A DNA stretch of 64,000 nt from Minisyncoccota bacterium (GTDB taxonomy: Bacteria > Patescibacteriota > Minisyncoccia > Phycocordibacterales > PALSA-1337), in assembly GCA_017991475.1 (NCBI GenBank), contig JAGOQK010000002.1, positions 23,673-87,672 of the forward strand, given 5' to 3'. Made by a program: the position numbers and the translations under genes. How positions within the stretch are numbered: the first letter of the stretch is position 1; each line of letters starts with the position of its first letter. Of the stretch, positions 35,956 through 45,889 are shown in pieces. The notes beneath the pieces are model-generated. The model was not told where the DNA came from, searched no databases, and saw only the letters and a list, made by a program, of their open reading frames with translations.

Positions 35956-37836
35956 ATGACCCAGAAGCTCACCTCCGCGGATATTCGTTCACGATTCCTC
36001 GCATTCTTCGAGAAGCGTGGCCACACGGTCATACCTTCAGCATCACTGGTGACTCCAGATGAGAAGGGTATCACCAATGCAACTCTCTTCAACACCGCGG
36101 GCATGCAGCCACTGGTGCCATATTTGCTGGGCAAACCCTACATCGCAGATGGCAAGAATGTAACTCGGCTCGTAGATGCCCAGAAATGCGTCCGTACAGT
36201 GGATATCGATGATATTGGTGATAAGACACACGCAACTTTTTTCGAAATGCTCGGCAACTGGTCTCTCGGTGATTATTTCAAGCGTGAAGCTATCGAGTGG
36301 AGCTATGAATTCCTAACATCGAAGAGTACTGTGCCTGGTGATCAAGGACTTGGTCTCGATCCGAACCAACTCTATGTGACCGTCTTCGAAGGTGATACTG
36401 TCGCCCCTCGCGACGATGAGGCTGCATCTATCTGGCGTGAAATATTTACGAAAAACGGTATTGAGGTTGGTGGTGACACTACAAAAGGCGAGAAGGGAAG
36501 AATTTTCTATCTTCCTGCGAAGAACAACTGGTGGGAAGCGGGCGACAATGGTCCGTGCGGTCCAGATACCGAGATGTTCTATGATATTTCTGGCAAATTC
36601 TCAGGAAAGCTTTTGACACATACAGAATTCGTCGCTGCTGATGATACTCGTGATGTCGTAGAGGTCTGGAATGATGTCTTCATGCAATATGAGAAGAAGG
36701 ATGGCACGATCATCGGCAAACTTCCGAAGCCCTCGGTGGATACGGGTGCTGGTCTCGAGCGTCTCACGATGACACTCCAGGGTGTGGATAATATCTATGA
36801 TACGGATCTTCTCAAGCCGGTGATGGATCTCATGAAGAGTCCTGACAACCCTATCCGTAACAGACGCATCATCGCCGATCATCTCCGTGGAAGTGCATTC
36901 ATGATCACTGACGGGGTGATCCCATCGAACACAGATCGTGGGTACATCCTTCGCCGCCTCATCCGTCGTGCGATCGTCAATACGACTGACAAGAAGTTGG
37001 ATGCTGAACGTATCTCTGTATTCGTCGACACATTGGTTAACATTTACAAGGATGCATATCCGGAACTTTCCAAGAATGGGGAACATATCAAGAAGGTTTT
37101 GTCCGAGGAGTCTGCCAAGTTTGCAGAAGCGCTCACACACGGCATGCATGAATTTGGTCGCATCTCAAATTCTGGGGCTATCTCGGGAGCCGATGCCTTT
37201 ATGTTGTTCTCATCTTTTGGACTGCCGATCGATGTGACCAAGGAACTAGCGAAGGAAAAGGGGCTTACTGTTGACCTTGTCGCATTTGAGGCAGAATTCA
37301 AAGCCCACCAAGACCTCTCCCGCGCTGGCGCAGAACAAAAATTCAAGGGTGGTCTCGCAGATGCCAATGATCCGATGGTTGTTCGTTATCACACAGCCAC
37401 TCATTTGCTCCACCAAGCTCTCCATGATGTTCTCGGTGAGGATACAGGCAATCAGAAGGGCTCGAATATTACTGCAGAGCGATTGCGCTTCGACTTCACA
37501 GGTGTCAAACTGACTGATGAGCAGAAGAAGCGTGTAGAAGATATCGTGAATGAGAAGATCGCTGCTTCACTACCAATGAACAATGTGGTTCTTCCACGAG
37601 CAGAGGCAGAGAAGACTGGTGCGTGTCACTTCTTCGGAGAGAAGTATGGTGAGGAAATTTCTATTTATTTTGTCGGGAATGATCTCGCATCTGCATATTC
37701 CAAGGAATTTTGTGGCGGCCCTCATGTGAAGAATACGAGTGAACTTGCGGGACCAGAAGGGAAGTGGAGATTCAAGATTCAGAAGGAGGAGGCTGTGTCG
37801 CAGGGGGTGAGGAGGATTAAGGCGATGCTTGGCTAG
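35956..37836 (+). CDS. alaS: alanyl-tRNA synthetase, short form lacking the C-terminal C-Ala domain
   Basis: Catalytic N-terminus (FLAFFEKRGH...NAGMQPL...FEMLGNWSLGDYFK), the editing-domain HxxxH (HTATHLLHQALH) and CGGPHV. Confidence 0.88.
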   Translation: MTQKLTSADIRSRFLAFFEKRGHTVIPSASLVTPDEKGITNATLFNTAGMQPLVPYLLGKPYIADGKNVTRLVDAQKCVRTVDIDDIGDKTHATFFEMLGNWSLGDYFKREAIEWSYEFLTSKSTVPGDQGLGLDPNQLYVTVFEGDTVAPRDDEAASIWREIFTKNGIEVGGDTTKGEKGRIFYLPAKNNWWEAGDNGPCGPDTEMFYDISGKFSGKLLTHTEFVAADDTRDVVEVWNDVFMQYEKKDGTIIGKLPKPSVDTGAGLERLTMTLQGVDNIYDTDLLKPVMDLMKSPDNPIRNRRIIADHLRGSAFMITDGVIPSNTDRGYILRRLIRRAIVNTTDKKLDAERISVFVDTLVNIYKDAYPELSKNGEHIKKVLSEESAKFAEALTHGMHEFGRISNSGAISGADAFMLFSSFGLPIDVTKELAKEKGLTVDLVAFEAEFKAHQDLSRAGAEQKFKGGLADANDPMVVRYHTATHLLHQALHDVLGEDTGNQKGSNITAERLRFDFTGVKLTDEQKKRVEDIVNEKIAASLPMNNVVLPRAEAEKTGACHFFGEKYGEEISIYFVGNDLASAYSKEFCGGPHVKNTSELAGPEGKWRFKIQKEEAVSQGVRRIKAMLG

Positions 37837-38010
37837 GTAGTTGTAGCTGCAAATTTTTCATTCACAGAAATGAGTTTTTGTGGCATAGAATGTTGTTATT
37901 TTGAGCCACCGTTTTTCAAACTATACCACATCTGAAAAAGAAGTTGGGCTTCAGGAATTTCACGAATCGTTGATATGCCTCTGCGGGGTATTGTTACCAC
38001 ATAGCATCAG

Positions 38011-38037
38011 AACACCCTTATTTTTAGGGGTGTTTTT
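38011..38037 (+). terminator. intrinsic terminator
   Basis: ACACCC-ttattttta-GGGTGT followed by TTTTT. Confidence 0.6.
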
Positions 38038-38041
38038 GTGA

Positions 38042-38071
38042 TTGACAGATAGGTACTAAGTATGCTATAAT
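38042..38071 (+). promoter_or_regulatory. sigma-70 consensus promoter (TTGACA-18-TATAAT)
   Basis: TTGACA at 38042-38047 and TATAAT at 38066-38071. Confidence 0.5.
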
Positions 38072-38169
38072 AGTACTAAGTTAGTGAGGTCTTTGAGAAC
38101 TTGGATTGTGGAAGTGGGGTAATAAAGCACGTCGTTTTGTTATCTTGCAAACCACAATTCAAATAATTT

Positions 38170-38376
38170 ATGATTATCCATCTAATCGGCATAACATTCG
38201 GTATATTCCTGATTTGGGCAATCCTAGGACTCATTCCCGGGTTCATATCACTCTACATCCTCAATCGTTTAAACTATAACGAGAATGGATGGCAGACCAA
38301 AATCACTATCATCTGCGGAGGTCCGATTGTCTGGCTCTTTGACTTGGCTTTAGATGATCTTGTGAACAGAGGTTAA
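38170..38376 (+). CDS. small 2-TM membrane protein
   Basis: MIIHLIGITFGIFLIWAILGLIPGFISLYIL... Has its own promoter and a terminator at 38420-38450. Confidence 0.45.
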   Translation: MIIHLIGITFGIFLIWAILGLIPGFISLYILNRLNYNENGWQTKITIICGGPIVWLFDLALDDLVNRG

Positions 38377-38419
38377 TTGGTGACACCTTAAAACATTACA
38401 AGTCACTCGAGAATTTCCC

Positions 38420-38450
38420 CGGCGGTCAGCAATGACTGCCGGTTTTCTTT
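38420..38450 (+). terminator. intrinsic terminator
   Basis: CCGGCGGTCA-gcaa-TGACTGCCGG followed by TTTTCTTTT. Confidence 0.7.
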
Positions 38451-38489
38451 TACACAGGTACCAAATGCACCTATGTTATACTTATTGCA

Positions 38490-39647
38490 ATGTTTTTCTC
38501 GCACCCCAAAAGCTCCCTGATCCTCATTCTCGACGTACAGAGCTCTATCGTGAGAGGCACACTCGTCCACATGCATGCCACGAGCAAGCCCCATGTTGTG
38601 TTCACGCACAGCGTCGGTATCGCCTACAAACCTCATGCGCGTAGTGGATATCTCGTGAAAGCCGCGCTCGCTGCAGTCGAGGAGAATGTAGCCGAATCAC
38701 TTCGATTCATATCTCAGGTCCACTCGATCAAGAATCCTACTCACAATCTTCCCAAGCATATCTCAGCTGTTCACTACGTCCTTTCTTCACCTTGGGTCGT
38801 CTCGCAGGCAAAAACTATCTCACAGTCATTCAAGAAGGAGACCTCCGTCACCAAGGCTGATATTCTCAAACTCGTTTCAGAGGAGCGTGCCAAGATGAGT
38901 CAGAAGGATGAGCACGATATCCGCGTTATCGAGGAAAAAATATTCGATGTCCGCCTCAACGGCTACTCTATCGCATCATGGGAGAGCAGGGCCACTACCC
39001 AACTCGAGGTGTCTTTTGTCAGTAGTCTGGCAGGAGGGCGCATGATCGAACGCTTTATCCAAGCGTGCGACCGAGCAGTCGGCAAGAAGTCAGTGATGTT
39101 CCATTCCTCGCTCTTCCTGCAGCATGTGGCTATCCAGAAGGTGGTACCAGACCGAGCCTCATACGCACTTATTCATGTTCACGGCGAGCTCACCGATATC
39201 GCGATTATGCATGCTCACTCCTGTATATTCTTTGGATCATACCCATTTGGCATACATTCCATCGTCCGTACGATCGCCCGCGAATTGAAGGTGAGCGAAC
39301 AGACTGCGGATTCTACACTCAATCTAGTCACTCAGAAGGCGCTCGATACTGCTCAGTCCAAGAAACAGGCTTCAATTGTTGATAATATGAGTAACGGATG
39401 GATCGGTGAATTCAGGAAATTGCTCAAAATCAATCCTCTGGCATGTGGAATCCCTCATCACGTCATCATTTCTGCACGATCTCATGAGGATTTTTTCATG
39501 AATAGTTTCAAGAAGGCATATCCACAGTCCACACTCGAGGTGCTCGATTTGGACATGATGCGCGCACATGTAGACTTCGAGAATACCGCAGAAAAATTGC
39601 GCCTCACCGGCCTCTATATCATCGCTATACACAGCATGGAAAAGTAG
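38490..39647 (+). CDS. divergent actin-fold (FtsA/PilM-like, ASKHA superfamily) protein
   Basis: N-terminal LILILDVQSSIVRGTLV resembles the phosphate-1 motif. ALIHVHGELTDIAIM...GSYPFG resembles the phosphate-2/adenosine region, with His in place of the usual Asp. Confidence 0.3.
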   Translation: MFFSHPKSSLILILDVQSSIVRGTLVHMHATSKPHVVFTHSVGIAYKPHARSGYLVKAALAAVEENVAESLRFISQVHSIKNPTHNLPKHISAVHYVLSSPWVVSQAKTISQSFKKETSVTKADILKLVSEERAKMSQKDEHDIRVIEEKIFDVRLNGYSIASWESRATTQLEVSFVSSLAGGRMIERFIQACDRAVGKKSVMFHSSLFLQHVAIQKVVPDRASYALIHVHGELTDIAIMHAHSCIFFGSYPFGIHSIVRTIARELKVSEQTADSTLNLVTQKALDTAQSKKQASIVDNMSNGWIGEFRKLLKINPLACGIPHHVIISARSHEDFFMNSFKKAYPQSTLEVLDLDMMRAHVDFENTAEKLRLTGLYIIAIHSMEK

Positions 39648-39712
39648 GTTGATTATGGTATAATTTCTCTGTTACATTTTGACCTTTGCCTTTTAACCTT
39701 TGAATTATCTCC

Positions 39713-41140
39713 ATGCCCCGACGCGTCCAAGACATTGTACCCAACAATCATCGCTCCATCAGGGATATTCCTGTCGAGCGCAATGATATCCAAGCTCCTG
39801 TCGAGCCTCCACGCAAGCGCACTTCGGGCAAACCGATCACTGTCAGAAAGCCTGAAATGGAAATGCGCCGAGAAGTGCGTGAAGAGGATACTGCTGATGA
39901 AGCCCCTGAGCCCGTCAAGCGCGTATCCGTCACTCCGCCGAGCAGAAAGAAGAGATCTTCTGGATCAAAGAAGTTCATACTCATGCTTATGGGTATTGTG
40001 GTCATTGTCGCGGGAGCCGGGTATGTAGCCTCAGTATATTTCTCTCGAGCTGCATTCAGCATCGTCCCGAAATCTATACCTATCACTGTGAATGGGGCGT
40101 ACACTGCGCAACCTGCTGGAACCAAGAGTACCCTCACGTATGAACTCGCTGTCGTGAAGGGAAGCGCCAATGTCTCAGTTCCCGCAACCGATGGTCCAAG
40201 TATTTCTACTTCTGCGAAGGGTAGGATCACGGTGTACAACAAATATATCGCTACCGCTCAACGCCTCATCGCAGGGACTCGATTTGCGGATAGTACGGGT
40301 CGTATTTATAAGCTCACTGACTCTATTTCAGTACCTGGGTACACCACATCAGGCGGCACCATAGTTCCCGGCAGTATTACTGCATCCGTCGTAGCCGATC
40401 AGCCCGGTGAATCGTACAATCTGACCAAGAATGAAGCGACCGCCGACCTTACCATCGTCGCATACAAAGGAACACCTCGATATGAGACTGTCTACGGTAG
40501 GGTTTCGACCGATATTATCGGCGGATTCGTAGGTACGAAGAAAACCGTAAGTCCATCAGCCCTTGCGTCTACCACCGAAGAGCTCAAAGCCAAGATTGTT
40601 GCTTCGCTTTCTGAACAGATCCGAAATACTCTCCCTGAAGGTTATGTCATGTATCCAAATGCATATGTTCCCGTATTCTCGGCCGCTACTGTCGGAACAG
40701 GGGATCCCAAATCAGCTACAGTTACGCTTCAAGGAACTCTGTACGGAATTCTTTTCAAGAAGAGCGAACTCGTTGCGCGTGTAGCGGGTGAAGAAGCGAT
40801 CTCCATGTTTGATGGATTTGCCTTCGATACTCCTGGGTTTGAGTCACTCGATTTTAGTATTGCAAACCTCAAGGATTTCTCGCCTGAAAAGAAGAATACT
40901 CTCATCATCAAACTCAAGGGCGACGCTCATCTCGTCGGTTCGATACCTGTTGAGGAGCTCAAAAAGAAGCTTGCAGGACTCTCGCTTGCAGATACAAGCA
41001 GCGTACTTCGCCAGTACAAACCTGTTATAGAGATTGACAAAAGTTCTGGTGAAATCACTCCTCCGTGGTCCAAAGTTCCGAGCAATCCAGAGCGTATTCG
41101 CGTAGAAGTACAACCTACGAGCGGTACTCAAACTGAGTAA
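39713..41140 (+). CDS. bitopic membrane protein with a large beta-rich extracytoplasmic domain
   Basis: Basic/acidic cytoplasmic N-terminus. One TM helix (FILMLMGIVVIVAGAGYVASVYF). About 350 aa of Thr/Ser/Val-rich domain. Operonic with the actin-fold gene upstream. Confidence 0.4.
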   Translation: MPRRVQDIVPNNHRSIRDIPVERNDIQAPVEPPRKRTSGKPITVRKPEMEMRREVREEDTADEAPEPVKRVSVTPPSRKKRSSGSKKFILMLMGIVVIVAGAGYVASVYFSRAAFSIVPKSIPITVNGAYTAQPAGTKSTLTYELAVVKGSANVSVPATDGPSISTSAKGRITVYNKYIATAQRLIAGTRFADSTGRIYKLTDSISVPGYTTSGGTIVPGSITASVVADQPGESYNLTKNEATADLTIVAYKGTPRYETVYGRVSTDIIGGFVGTKKTVSPSALASTTEELKAKIVASLSEQIRNTLPEGYVMYPNAYVPVFSAATVGTGDPKSATVTLQGTLYGILFKKSELVARVAGEEAISMFDGFAFDTPGFESLDFSIANLKDFSPEKKNTLIIKLKGDAHLVGSIPVEELKKKLAGLSLADTSSVLRQYKPVIEIDKSSGEITPPWSKVPSNPERIRVEVQPTSGTQTE

Positions 41141-41249
41141 TAGTCGCATGACTACAACCGGAAGTGCGTTACTTCCAAGCAAGTAGTCGCATGACTATTG
41201 ACGAAATAGGTATACATCTGCTAAGATACCGAGACGCGCAAAATAACAG

Positions 41250-41483
41250 ATGGACACCGCGCCGCAACCCAAAAATAGTTCAAAAAATACCGCAAACGGC
41301 ATTGTCGTAGAGGCATTGCCTGATACGTTGTTCCGAGTGGAACTGAACGACTCGAAAGAGATCGTCCTTGCGTATCTCGCCGGCAAGATGCGTATGAATC
41401 GCATACGAGTCCTGATTGGCGACAAGGTTGAGCTAGAGTTGGATCCATATGGTGGCCGCGCTCGTATCACTAGACGTTCATAA
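41250..41483 (+). CDS. infA: translation initiation factor IF-1
   Basis: S1-like OB fold (…[52 protein letters not shown]…). Confidence 0.9.
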   Translation: MDTAPQPKNSSKNTANGIVVEALPDTLFRVELNDSKEIVLAYLAGKMRMNRIRVLIGDKVELELDPYGGRARITRRS

Positions 41484-41486
41484 CCA

Positions 41487-41603
41487 TGAGAGTAAAAGCA
41501 TCAGTCAAAAAGATCTGCCCAAAGTGTACCGTCGTCCGTCGATGGGGCTACGTGTATGTCGTATGCAAGTCCAACCCAAGGCATAAACAGCGCCAGGGAT
41601 AAT
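41487..41603 (+). CDS. rpmJ: 50S ribosomal protein L36
   Basis: [38 protein letters not shown]. 38 aa, so below the ORF-track cutoff. Confidence 0.9.
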
Positions 41604-41628
41604 TTTCAATATTCATCAACTAACTCAT

Positions 41629-42009
41629 ATGCGTATCCTCGGTATCACAGTCCCAGAAAACAAGCGCCTCGAAGTTGCGCTCACCGCTATTTATGGTATC
41701 GGACGTTCCCGAGCTCACCTCATACTCAAGACGGTAAAAGTCGACCCTGCTACCAAGTCAACTCAGCTCTCAGTCGATCAGGAAAATGAGATCCGTAAGC
41801 TCGTCGAGAGCTACAAGATCGAAGGTGACCTCAAGCGTGAGGTTGCAGGCAACATCAAGCGTCTCAAGGATATCAAAGCCTATCGCGGCAGTAGACATGC
41901 TCGTCACTTGCCGACGCGTGGCCAGAGAACCAAGACCAATTCCCGAACCGTTAGAGGTAACGTACGAAAGACTATGGGATCTGGTAAGCGTAAGGAAGAG
42001 AAGAAGTAA
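41629..42009 (+). CDS. rpsM: 30S ribosomal protein S13
   Basis: MRILGITVPENKRLEVALTAIYGIGRSRA... Confidence 0.92.
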   Translation: MRILGITVPENKRLEVALTAIYGIGRSRAHLILKTVKVDPATKSTQLSVDQENEIRKLVESYKIEGDLKREVAGNIKRLKDIKAYRGSRHARHLPTRGQRTKTNSRTVRGNVRKTMGSGKRKEEKK

Positions 42010-42027
42010 TCAACAATAATCACTACC

Positions 42028-42456
42028 ATGGGAAAGAAGCGAATAGCAACAACTGAAGGAGCAGAAGCAAAGGGTGCAGACAAGGCACCAGTGGTTTCGG
42101 CCAAGAAGCGTATCGAGTCTGGAATCCTCCATGTCCAGTCAACCTACAACAACACCAAGGTTATGGTTACTGATGTTAAAGGCAATGCACTCATGTGGGG
42201 ATCAAGCGGTGGTGCAGGATTCCGTGGTGCCAAGAAGGGAACTCCATTTGCAGCAGCCAAGGTGGGCGAGACGCTCGCTCTCAAGGCAGCCAATATTGGC
42301 ATGAAGGAGGTCGCCGTTGTCGTAAAGGGTGTCGGATCTGGCCGTGAGTCAGCTATCCGCGGCTTCATCAGCAAAGGCATCATCATCACATCCATCAAGG
42401 ATGAGACACCGATACCATTCAATGGTCCGAAGCCTAAGAAGCCTCGCCGCGTATAA
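42028..42456 (+). CDS. rpsK: 30S ribosomal protein S11
   Basis: ...GILHVQSTYNNTKVMVTDVKGNALMWGSSG... Confidence 0.92.
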   Translation: MGKKRIATTEGAEAKGADKAPVVSAKKRIESGILHVQSTYNNTKVMVTDVKGNALMWGSSGGAGFRGAKKGTPFAAAKVGETLALKAANIGMKEVAVVVKGVGSGRESAIRGFISKGIIITSIKDETPIPFNGPKPKKPRRV

Positions 42457-42488
42457 ATTCACTTATCTAACCCTTATCATCTAATCCT

Positions 42489-43094
42489 ATGCAAATCGGC
42501 CCACGCTACAAGAAAGCACGATATCTCGGAGCAGCAATCTTCAAGAAGACTCAGTCTCCGAAGTACGCTATTCGCGCACAAGCAAAGACGAAGACGGGTA
42601 AGCGTAGGGGTGCGAAGAGTGAGTATGGCCGTCAGTTGCTAGAAAAGCAGAAGGCTCGCTACAGCTACGGTGTTTCAGGAGGCCAGTTCACCAACTACGT
42701 CAAGGACGCTCTTCAGACCAAGGGTGACAACTCCAAGAACCTCCTTCGTATTCTCGAAGGTCGCCTCGATAATGTCATCCTCCGTGCTGGTTTTGCACAG
42801 GGACGCTCTGCAGCTCGCCAGATGGTCTCTCACGGCCACCTCTGTGTCAACGGTGGTATCGTGACCATCCCGTCATATCAGGTTCGCATCGGGGACGTTG
42901 TCACCATCCGTGAGGGCAGTAAGAAGAAGGTTCTTTTCGCAAAGCTGGATGAGGAGCTCAAGGCAGTCAAGGCTCCTGCGTGGATTTCAGTCGATACAGA
43001 GAAGAAGTCTATCAAAGTCGAAGGGGAACCGACGACTGATACGACAGAGCTCCTCTTCGACGTCAAGGCAGTGCTCGAGTTCTACACTCGCTAG
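42489..43094 (+). CDS. rpsD: 30S ribosomal protein S4
   Basis: MQIGPRYKKARYLG...S4 domain... Confidence 0.92.
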   Translation: MQIGPRYKKARYLGAAIFKKTQSPKYAIRAQAKTKTGKRRGAKSEYGRQLLEKQKARYSYGVSGGQFTNYVKDALQTKGDNSKNLLRILEGRLDNVILRAGFAQGRSAARQMVSHGHLCVNGGIVTIPSYQVRIGDVVTIREGSKKKVLFAKLDEELKAVKAPAWISVDTEKKSIKVEGEPTTDTTELLFDVKAVLEFYTR

Positions 43095-43141
43095 ACAAAT
43101 ATCATTTTTAATGTATAATTAATCGTCTATTTACAAATACC

Positions 43142-44116
43142 ATGACACACGACCTTATCCTCCCATCAAAACCAAAGATCGTTAGCGAGCAGGGCACCAG
43201 CGGCGTCTACGAGATCGATGGACTCTATCCTGGTTACGGCCACACTCTCGGCAACTCACTTCGCCGTATTATCCTCTCATCTCTCCCTGGTGCAGCAGTA
43301 ACCAAGGTCAAGATCAAGGGTGTTGAGCACGAGTTTTCTTCAGTCGATGGCGTCAAAGAAGATGTTATCGTAATTTTGCTTGCTCTCAAGAAGCTCCGCG
43401 TCCGTATCACCGGTGATGAGGCTATCGTCATGAACCTCAAGGTCAAGGGTGCCAAGGATGTTACTGCCAAGGATATCGAGGCACCTGGTCAGATCGAGAT
43501 CCTCAATCCTGAGCTCCATATCGCAACCCTTACCGAGAAGTCGTCTGAGCTCGATATTGAGATCACGGTCGAGAAGGGTCTCGGATATGTTTCCAAGGAA
43601 GTCATCCAGAAGGATCGTGTCGACATCGGCTCTATCACTCTCGATGCAGCCTTCACACCTATTCGCAAGGCCAACTACGAGGTCGAGAATATGCGCGTCG
43701 GAGATCGTACTGATTTCAATCGCCTCCGTATCTCTATCGAGACAGATGGCACCATGACTCCTCGTGAAGCACTCGAGCAGTCCATCACACTCATGATCCA
43801 CCAGCTCAAGGCTATTGTCGGTTTTGTCGACAAAGAAGAGGTCAAGGCTGAAGCCGCTGAGGATGATTCAGCAAAGGCTGAGTCCCCAGAAGGATCACTC
43901 AAGGATATCGATGCTGAGCTCCTCAAGACTCGCATAGACAGCCTCGGATTCTCTGCTCGCACCGCCAAGGCTCTCGTCAACGGCAACGTCCGCACCCTCG
44001 GGGGACTTGCTCGCAAGAAGGAGTCAGATATCATGGATATCGACGGCCTTGGAGCAAAGGGAGTTCAGGAGATCAAGAAGTTATTGGCCCAGCACGGAAT
44101 CACACTAAAGCAGTAA
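43142..44116 (+). CDS. rpoA: DNA-directed RNA polymerase alpha subunit
   Basis: N-terminal dimerisation domain, and a C-terminal alpha-CTD (…IDSLGFSARTAKALVNGNVRTLGGLA…). Confidence 0.92.
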   Translation: MTHDLILPSKPKIVSEQGTSGVYEIDGLYPGYGHTLGNSLRRIILSSLPGAAVTKVKIKGVEHEFSSVDGVKEDVIVILLALKKLRVRITGDEAIVMNLKVKGAKDVTAKDIEAPGQIEILNPELHIATLTEKSSELDIEITVEKGLGYVSKEVIQKDRVDIGSITLDAAFTPIRKANYEVENMRVGDRTDFNRLRISIETDGTMTPREALEQSITLMIHQLKAIVGFVDKEEVKAEAAEDDSAKAESPEGSLKDIDAELLKTRIDSLGFSARTAKALVNGNVRTLGGLARKKESDIMDIDGLGAKGVQEIKKLLAQHGITLKQ

Positions 44117-44137
44117 CTTTTAACTTATTACTTATTT

Positions 44138-44488
44138 ATGAGACACAGTAGCAACAAAAGAAAGTTCGGCCGCGAGAAGAATCAGCGTAATGCTCTGATG
44201 TCATCTTTGGCGCGCAACCTCATCCGCGATACGCGCATCAAAACAACCACTGCCAAGGCCAAGGAGCTCCGCCCAATGGTCGAGAAGCTCGTCACCAGGG
44301 CCAAGTCTGGTACTATTGCTGCACGCCGCCTCATCAATAGTCGCATCAAGAGCCCAATCGAGACCAAGAAGCTCGTCGAGGTTGTGGCTCCGAAGTACGC
44401 TGACCGCAAGGGAGGCTACACCCGTATTATCCGCCTACCAAACCGTGATCTCGACGGTAGTCCGATGTCTCTCATAGAATTTGTATAA
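44138..44488 (+). CDS. rplQ: 50S ribosomal protein L17
   Basis: MRHSSNKRKFGREKNQRNALMSSLARNLI... Confidence 0.92.
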   Translation: MRHSSNKRKFGREKNQRNALMSSLARNLIRDTRIKTTTAKAKELRPMVEKLVTRAKSGTIAARRLINSRIKSPIETKKLVEVVAPKYADRKGGYTRIIRLPNRDLDGSPMSLIEFV

Positions 44489-44496
44489 TTACTGCC

Positions 44497-44841
44497 ATGA
44501 AATACACCATTGACGCACAAGGTAAGAAGATCGGGCGCATCGCCAGCCAAGCTGCTGCGTATCTTCTTGGCAAGAGTATGACTTCATTTGCAAAGAATGA
44601 GGTTGCAGATGCACAGGTCGAAATCATCAACGCAGACAAGGCTGATATCACAGCTCGCAAGAAGGCCAACGATACCTATGTCACCTACACTGGATTCCGC
44701 GGAGGTCTCAACAGCGAGACACTTGGTGAACTCATCAAGCGTCGTGGTATGACAGAGGTCTTCCGCCGCACTGTTTACCGAATGCTCCCAAATAACAGAT
44801 TGAGGGATTTGAGGATTAAGAACCTGAGCATCAAAGAGTAA
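44497..44841 (+). CDS. rplM: 50S ribosomal protein L13
   Basis: MKYTIDAQGKKIGRIASQAAAYLLGK... Confidence 0.9.
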   Translation: MKYTIDAQGKKIGRIASQAAAYLLGKSMTSFAKNEVADAQVEIINADKADITARKKANDTYVTYTGFRGGLNSETLGELIKRRGMTEVFRRTVYRMLPNNRLRDLRIKNLSIKE

Positions 44842-44853
44842 TAGTATTTATCC

Positions 44854-45264
44854 ATGACTGCAAAAACCACCACAACCAAATACTTCGAAGCTGTCGGTCG
44901 CCGCAAGACCGCTACTGCTCGTGTCCGCCTCTTCCCATCTGCAAAGGCTGGATTTGAGGTCAACGGCAAGACGCTCGAGGCATATTTCCCGGTCAAAGAG
45001 ATGCAGATGAATGCAACTGATCCTTTCACCAATGCCAAGGCTGCAGAGAAGTTCCATGTCACCGCCAAGATTGCAGGAGGAGGTATCTCAGCTCAGTCTG
45101 AGGCTCTTCGCCACGGCATCTCCCGCGCGCTCCTCGTCTACGATGTAGAGCTCCGCAGCAAGCTCAAGAAGATCGGTTTCCTCCGCCGCGACCCTCGTGC
45201 CAAGGAACGCCGCAAGTTCGGATTTAAGAAGGCTCGCAAGTCTCCTCAGTGGAGTAAGCGTTAG
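44854..45264 (+). CDS. rpsI: 30S ribosomal protein S9
   Basis: ...YFEAVGRRKTATARVRLF...RRDPRAKERRKFGFKKARKSPQWSKR. Confidence 0.92.
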   Translation: MTAKTTTTKYFEAVGRRKTATARVRLFPSAKAGFEVNGKTLEAYFPVKEMQMNATDPFTNAKAAEKFHVTAKIAGGGISAQSEALRHGISRALLVYDVELRSKLKKIGFLRRDPRAKERRKFGFKKARKSPQWSKR

Positions 45265-45364
45265 TCCTATCGATTTTATATCAATGAAAAGGGGAGTGGC
45301 AACACTCCTTTTTTCGTGCTAAATTCACTGTGAACACGGAATCAACATCTGACCTTTACAATAT

Positions 45365-45889
45365 ATGAATGCACCGACACTAGTGGCACTTTGCGCAACG
45401 GTCCTCCTTATCGTATGCGTATGCATCTACCAATACATTATCGAAAGGGATGAGTTGGCGCGTGCGCGATGCCGTAAGATAATACAGCAGCTATATGGCT
45501 CACGCGGATGCGGCGGAGATCGATATGCCCTCAAATTGTTCGAAGAGGGCATGACAATCTTCCTTAGTTCACGAGTAGACTTCTCACGCCTCGGACTCCT
45601 TCCAGGTGACAACTTCGCTGCTGCGGCATACGACGCATTCTGCGAGTACATGACAGGGTGGCGTAGGCAACACGAACAGCTGGAGGAGGATGTCTTGGAG
45701 CTCAAAGCTGAAGACATGGATCGATTTGTCTACTTGAGTCGAGTCGCCCAACTCGGGTCTGAGCTCCAGAAGTCTCAGATTGAGCTTGAAATCCTCGAGA
45801 AGGAAGCCTCACGCTTCTATGTCGTCTGGTTACAGCCGAAGGATGGTACTATCGGCCATAATCCCGATATGGAAATAAGTACAACATGA
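45365..45889 (+). CDS. membrane-anchored hypothetical protein with coiled-coil C-terminus
   Basis: N-terminal TM helix. No homology recognised. Confidence 0.4.
   Translation: MNAPTLVALCATVLLIVCVCIYQYIIERDELARARCRKIIQQLYGSRGCGGDRYALKLFEEGMTIFLSSRVDFSRLGLLPGDNFAAAAYDAFCEYMTGWRRQHEQLEEDVLELKAEDMDRFVYLSRVAQLGSELQKSQIELEILEKEASRFYVVWLQPKDGTIGHNPDMEISTT

Noticed and set aside
38490-39647. Calling the actin-fold protein FtsA or PilM outright
   Set aside because: Motif similarity is weak and partly non-canonical (His for Asp). There is no FtsZ or pilus context. Kept as a generic ASKHA-like call with low confidence.
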